Source of the DNA: a virus
Virus record (IMG/VR): IMGVR_UViG_3300029813_000275
Location: 1 to 64,000 of that record
DNA length: 64,000 nucleotides
Strand: one strand, 5' to 3'
This document shows, piece after piece, positions 59,728-64,000 of this stretch (position 1 is its first letter; each line of letters opens with the position of its first letter). The notes beneath the pieces were generated by a model, which did not search any database, was not told the DNA's origin, and saw only the letters and a program-made list of their open reading frames with translations. The translations under genes were made by a program, and so were the position numbers.

Positions 59728-60828
59728 ATGGAAAATGTACAAGTTGATTTATTAGGAATAAACGGACAAGTTCAGGGTGATGTGGCAGCCCAGTTATTGG
59801 GTAATGAAATAAGCCTTGGTACTATGCGCCCATTTATAGGGGATGATGGTAGGGCTTATGTTACTATATACAATGGGGGTGATCAAAAAAACCCAGCCAG
59901 TTATGTGACAAATCCTATCAATACTAATGCAACACTTCGCAGGGATGAATGGAAATTGTTGGATGATGCTTTATTGGAAGTTTCCCGGCAAAGACTCGGT
60001 GGAGTTCAGGATTTGATTGATAAAGGTTTAGTTTATAATCTTGGCAATGCAATGGGAACGACCGTACTCGAATGGCATGATGTGAGTGATGCAATGGAAG
60101 CTGTTGTTACAATGGATGGAGTGACAAGGGCTGCGGGTGACCGCCCGGTATTTAAACATAATTATTTGCCGATTCCAATTATCCATAGTGATTATGAGAT
60201 TAATGCACGTGTATTGGCTGCAAGCCGGAGTTTAGGGAATCCTTTGGATACGACTTCTGCTGAAAGAGCTGCCCGTAGGGTAAATGAAAAACTGGAAGCC
60301 ATGTTATTTACTAACACGACTTACAGTTTTGGTGAAAAAGATGATCGTAATCTTAACACTATTTATAGTTATATTAATCATCCGGATCGTAGCCAGGTTG
60401 CTTTAACCGGGGCATGGACAGGATTAACAGGTGCACAAATAGTTGCGGATGTTTTGACTAATATGGTACAAACAAGTATTGATGCGCTTCATTATGGGCC
60501 TTGGATGTTGTATATTCCAACAGCTTATCAAACAGTGATAGATGCAGATTATGTTGTTGCAGCTCCGCAAAATACGATTCGTGAACGTATTTTGAAGATT
60601 GCTGGTATTACCGGGATTAAAACAATAGATACATTGCCTGATGGTAATGTTTTATTGGTTCAAATGACCAGTGACGTTGTTCGTTTGGTACGTGGTATGG
60701 GTCTTCAGAGTGTTGAATGGCAAACTGAAGGAAAATTCATAACCAAATATAAGGTACTTACTATTCAGGTTCCTCAGATTCGTTCTGATCAGAATTTAAA
60801 AAGTGGTATTGTTCATGGTTCTGCTTAA
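59728..60828 (+). CDS. major capsid protein (HK97 fold, encapsulin/linocin-M18-like family)
   Basis: 366 aa; strong SD AAAGGAGG; ...NATLRRDEWKLLDDALLEVSRQRLGGVQDLIDKGLVYNLGNAMGTTVLEW..VSD... pattern of encapsulin-like capsid proteins. Confidence 0.85.
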   Translation: MENVQVDLLGINGQVQGDVAAQLLGNEISLGTMRPFIGDDGRAYVTIYNGGDQKNPASYVTNPINTNATLRRDEWKLLDDALLEVSRQRLGGVQDLIDKGLVYNLGNAMGTTVLEWHDVSDAMEAVVTMDGVTRAAGDRPVFKHNYLPIPIIHSDYEINARVLAASRSLGNPLDTTSAERAARRVNEKLEAMLFTNTTYSFGEKDDRNLNTIYSYINHPDRSQVALTGAWTGLTGAQIVADVLTNMVQTSIDALHYGPWMLYIPTAYQTVIDADYVVAAPQNTIRERILKIAGITGIKTIDTLPDGNVLLVQMTSDVVRLVRGMGLQSVEWQTEGKFITKYKVLTIQVPQIRSDQNLKSGIVHGSA

Positions 60829-60834
60829 TCTAAG

Positions 60835-60857
60835 AGTCACTAATCAGGTGATTTTTT
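60835..60857 (+). terminator. weak intrinsic terminator candidate after the capsid gene
   Basis: AGTCAC-taatcag-GTGATT (6 bp including one G-U) followed by TTTTT. Confidence 0.3.
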
Positions 60858-60872
60858 AAAAAAATTATAATT

Positions 60873-61235
60873 ATGGAACGTACAAAAACAACTGATAATA
60901 CAGTATCTGAAAAAATCAGATGGAAAAAAATTGGTGGCGGATCCCTTCGGTTATTAATCGATGGAAAACGGCGTATAATTAAGCCTAATGAGAAGTTCAC
61001 GGCCACCCCAGATGAAGTGCCACAGGCATTTCGGGATGTAGTTGTGCCTTTGGATACTATTCCCGGAACTCCACCAACCCCTGTAATAACAACGGGAGTT
61101 CAAACTGTTTATGTAGCAAAGCCACGAGGAAAAAGTGGAGATTGGGACGTAGTGGATCCAAATGGAAAAGTTCTTAACGAAAAAGCTCTTAAAAAAGAAG
61201 TAGCTGATAAGTTGATTGAAGATTTAGCAAAGTGA
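60873..61235 (+). CDS. hypothetical protein
   Basis: 120-aa ORF; overlaps start of next gene. Confidence 0.55.
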   Translation: MERTKTTDNTVSEKIRWKKIGGGSLRLLIDGKRRIIKPNEKFTATPDEVPQAFRDVVVPLDTIPGTPPTPVITTGVQTVYVAKPRGKSGDWDVVDPNGKVLNEKALKKEVADKLIEDLAK

Positions 61236-61930
61236 TTTGGAAGGTCCCTCGCATATGGGAAGGGGGAGATGTATGGATAATGGGAGGAGGGCCCTCAGTA
61301 CCAAAGCAGTTCGATATTCCCGATCGGGTTGTTCAGAATGTAGTTAAAGGCGCTTTTTCTCCTGCTGCATACTCTCCTTATATGTCTGCACTTCATGATA
61401 AGCATGTAATTGGTATTAATGTAGCTTATTTGATTGGGGATTGGATAGATATGGTATTTTTTGGTGATAAAGGATTCTTTTTGAAGCACCAACTTGCGTT
61501 ATCTAAATTTCCAGGATTAAAAGTTTCCTGCTATCCCGGAGCAAATGACTTGAATTGGGTTAAATACGTTGTACGGGATAAAAAGCATTCACGGGGTATA
61601 AGTTCAGATTCAAGAACAGTCAGTTGGAATGGTAATTCAGGAGCTGCTGCAATCAGTGTAGCTGCACATGCCGGGGCGAAGCGGATTATATTGTTGGGAT
61701 TTGATATGAAAGTGGGTGAAAAGGATATACAACACTGGCATGATTTATATGGACGTTTTGCAGCTAAAGATCCAAGGAAAAGAAAACGCATGGCATTTTA
61801 CAAGCATCTGGCGGGTTTTCCACAAATTGCTAAAGATGCAAAACACATGGGTATTGAAATTTTGAATGCCTGCTCTGATAGTGCAATTGAATGTTTAAGA
61901 AAAGTAACTGTTAAAGAAATTTTACAATGA
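61232..61930 (+). CDS. MptE/DUF115-like protein (putative nucleotide-sugar transferase of the Maf/sialyltransferase-like class)
   Basis: GTG start; VWIMGGGPSV....VIGINVAY.......D....NGNSGAAAISVAAHAGAKRIILLGFDM......HW pattern resembles DUF115. Confidence 0.4.
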   Translation: MIWKVPRIWEGGDVWIMGGGPSVPKQFDIPDRVVQNVVKGAFSPAAYSPYMSALHDKHVIGINVAYLIGDWIDMVFFGDKGFFLKHQLALSKFPGLKVSCYPGANDLNWVKYVVRDKKHSRGISSDSRTVSWNGNSGAAAISVAAHAGAKRIILLGFDMKVGEKDIQHWHDLYGRFAAKDPRKRKRMAFYKHLAGFPQIAKDAKHMGIEILNACSDSAIECLRKVTVKEILQ

Positions 61931-63096
61931 AACAAATAGGAGTTGGGGAATTAATTTTAGGTAAAGAAGAAAAGAAATTGCTAAATCAGGTGATTAATAG
62001 TAATCGACTGTCCTATGGAAAATTTACAAAGAAATTTGAGGAATTATTTGCTAATGAACATGATTCAAAATACGGCGTTTTTTGCAATAGTGGAACTTCT
62101 GCTTTATATATGGCTTTAGCTGCATTGAAAGAAAAATATCAGTGGAAAAGACATGATGAAATTATTGTTCCTGCCACTACTTTTGTTGCTACAATTAATA
62201 TAATATTGCTCAATGATTTAATTCCAGTATTGGTGGATGTGGATAAAGAAACATATAATATTAATACAAAATTAATTGAGAATAAGATAACAAAAAGAAC
62301 AAAAGGAATTATTCCAGTTCATTTATTTGGATTACCAGCGGATATGGATTCAATTCTTGAAATTGCAAAATGTAATAATCTGAAAGTAATTGAAGATTCT
62401 TGTGAATGCATGTTTGCAAAATATAAGAATAAAAAAGTAGGTTCATTTGGCGAGATAGGATGTTTTTCTACTTATGTTGCCCATTTTTTGGTAACTGGGA
62501 TTGGAGGATTTTGTATTTCTGATGATGAGGAAATTATAAAAATACTTAGGAGTCTGATGAATCATGGAAGAGATTCAATATATATTACAATTGATGACGA
62601 TAAAAATATTCCTATTAAGAAACTGCAAGAAGTAATTGCCAAACGATTTAATTTTACTCGCGTCGGATTTAATTTTAAAGCAACTGAATTGGAGGCAGCA
62701 ATTGGTTTAGGACAATTCAAACAAAGAAATAAAATAATCAGTCGCCGTAAGGAAATAGCACATAAATTTATACAAGGATTGAAAAGATTAAATGTTCATA
62801 TGCAATCACCTTGTATCCCAAATGATCGAGATCATAATTTTATGATGTTTCCAATTGTATTGAAAACAATATGTAAAGAAAATTTAATAAGATTTCTTGA
62901 AAAAAATGATATTGAAACCAGGGATATGCTACCTCTTCTTGATCAACCTGCATATAAAGGGATGTTTAATATTGAAGATTTTCCTGTTTCACAATGGATT
63001 AAGAAATATGGGTTTTATATAGGTTGTCATCAATATATTACAGACGGTGAGGTGAAATATATCATTGAAAAATTTTATGAATTTTTTAGAAAATGA
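61927..63096 (+). CDS. DegT/DnrJ/EryC1-family PLP/PMP enzyme with His in place of the Schiff-base Lys (ColD-type sugar 3-dehydratase signature)
   Basis: 389 aa; NSGTSALYMAL, IPVHLFG, DSCE. At the F-S-x-x-x-x-K position the sequence is CFSTYVAHFLVTGIGG (His186). Downstream ...DDEEIIKILRSLMNHGR. Confidence 0.7.
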   Translation: MKQIGVGELILGKEEKKLLNQVINSNRLSYGKFTKKFEELFANEHDSKYGVFCNSGTSALYMALAALKEKYQWKRHDEIIVPATTFVATINIILLNDLIPVLVDVDKETYNINTKLIENKITKRTKGIIPVHLFGLPADMDSILEIAKCNNLKVIEDSCECMFAKYKNKKVGSFGEIGCFSTYVAHFLVTGIGGFCISDDEEIIKILRSLMNHGRDSIYITIDDDKNIPIKKLQEVIAKRFNFTRVGFNFKATELEAAIGLGQFKQRNKIISRRKEIAHKFIQGLKRLNVHMQSPCIPNDRDHNFMMFPIVLKTICKENLIRFLEKNDIETRDMLPLLDQPAYKGMFNIEDFPVSQWIKKYGFYIGCHQYITDGEVKYIIEKFYEFFRK

Positions 63097-64000
63097 AGAA
63101 AGCATTAATTACGGGTATTACAGGGCAAGATGGATCATATCTTGCTGAACTTTTGTTGAAAAAAGAATATGAAGTTCATGGATTAGTAAGAAGAACTTCT
63201 CAGGATAATCATCATAATATTAGGCATTTTGAAAATGATGTAAAATTTCATTGTGGAGATATGACAGATTCAGTAAGTATTAATAATATTGTTGCAAAAG
63301 TTATGCCTGATGAAATCTACAATTTTGCAGCCATGAGTCAAGTGAGAGTTTCATATGATTCTCCTGTTTCTACATTTGATATTAATACTTTAGGGTTTCT
63401 AAGAGTGATAGAAGCGGTGAGAAGAATAAAACCTGATACTAAATTGTACCAAGCCTGTTCTTCTGAAATGTTCGGTAAAGTACAGGAGACGCCTCAAACT
63501 GAAATAACCTCATTTTATCCACGATCGCCGTATGGAGCCAGTAAAGCTGCCGCCTTTTATTTAGGGCGCGCTTATCGTGAAGGATACGGGTTAAAAATTT
63601 ATAATGGAATTTTATTTAATCATGAATCACCTCGCAGAGGAGATACTTTTTTAAGTCAAAAAGTTGTAAAAGCCGCTGTAAAAATTAAAAAAGGTTTACA
63701 AGATAAATTAACACTTGGGAATCTTGATGCTAAACGGGATTGGGGGTATGCTAAAGAATACATGGAATGGGTTTATAAAATTGTACAGGAAGAACCAAAT
63801 GATTATTTGATTTGCACAGGAGAAACACATTCAGTAAGAGAATGGGTTGAATTAACTTTTAAACTTTTAGGATTAGACTGGAAAAAATATGTGGATTTTG
63901 ATGAAAATTTAAAACGACCGGCAGAAGTTGATATTTTGTTGGGGGATTTTTCCAAGTCAAAAAATGATTTAGGATTTAATCCACAAGTGAAATTTAAAGA
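63093..64000 (+). CDS. gmd: GDP-mannose 4,6-dehydratase (3' end cut by window edge)
   Basis: Not in ORF track (no stop in window). Translation: MKKALITGITGQDGSYLAELLLKKEYEVHGLVRRTS...YNFAAMSQV...CSSEMFGKVQETPQTE...PRSPYGASKAAAFY...ILFNHESPRRG, classic Gmd motifs. ATGA overlap with the preceding gene. Confidence 0.92.
   Translation, partial: MKKALITGITGQDGSYLAELLLKKEYEVHGLVRRTSQDNHHNIRHFENDVKFHCGDMTDSVSINNIVAKVMPDEIYNFAAMSQVRVSYDSPVSTFDINTLGFLRVIEAVRRIKPDTKLYQACSSEMFGKVQETPQTEITSFYPRSPYGASKAAAFYLGRAYREGYGLKIYNGILFNHESPRRGDTFLSQKVVKAAVKIKKGLQDKLTLGNLDAKRDWGYAKEYMEWVYKIVQEEPNDYLICTGETHSVREWVELTFKLLGLDWKKYVDFDENLKRPAEVDILLGDFSKSKNDLGFNPQVKFK

Noticed and set aside
1-64000. Lysogeny module, tRNA genes, CRISPR arrays, toxin-antitoxin pairs
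   Set aside because: I found no integrase/recombinase motifs (tyrosine R..H..R..Y or serine recombinase), no CI/Cro-like divergent pair, no cloverleaf-capable GC-rich 70-90-nt islands in the intergenic gaps, and no spaced repeat arrays. The absence is by eye only and should be confirmed with tRNAscan-SE/ARAGORN and HMM searches.

Overview
The window reads as most of an AT-rich, virulent, siphovirus-type dsDNA phage genome, apparently circularly permuted. No integrase, repressor module, tRNA, rRNA or CRISPR array was seen.

There are three transcription blocks:
- Late genes on the + strand, 49032 to 64000: GIY-YIG homing endonuclease, small and large terminase, portal, Mu-F-like head protein, DUF2213 protease/scaffold, decoration protein, encapsulin-like HK97-fold major capsid protein, then a nucleotide-sugar cluster.
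- The late block continues at 1 to 13417: GT2, sulfotransferase, head-tail adaptors, tail tube, G/G-T chaperones with a textbook -1 frameshift signal, tape measure, a 1424-aa fibre with an S74 chaperone domain, and the lysis cassette.
- About 75 early/middle genes on the - strand, 48868 down to about 13420: SNF2 helicase, sigma-like factor, primase, ParB-like protein, initiator with internal iterons, DnaB-like helicase, DNA methyltransferase, a 7-deazaguanine module, clamp and clamp loader, a split family-A DNA polymerase, gp32-like SSB, RecA-like recombinase, and Mre11 with a split Rad50.

Observations most worth follow-up:
1. A complete preQ0-type 7-deazaguanine DNA-modification module (DpdA, FolE, compact QueC-like, QueE, QueD) carrying several unexplained passenger genes.
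2. A sugar cluster between the capsid gene and the head-tail adaptor. It contains GDP-mannose 4,6-dehydratase and a DegT-family enzyme whose PLP lysine is replaced by histidine (ColD-type 3-dehydratase signature). It also contains an MptE/DUF115-like protein, a GT2 and a sulfotransferase.
3. A glutaminase-less asparagine-synthase-like PP-loop enzyme inside the head-morphogenesis module.
4. A Rad50/SbcC ATPase split just after its CxxC zinc hook, with the halves about 3.2 kb apart.
5. A UDG4-exonuclease / polymerase split of PolA, interrupted by a PAPS-reductase-like gene.
6. A five-fold repeated TTTGTATAAT promoter-like motif, candidate origin iterons, and interleaved inverted repeats in the largest non-coding gap.

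All functional calls rest on motif recognition by eye. No database search was run.
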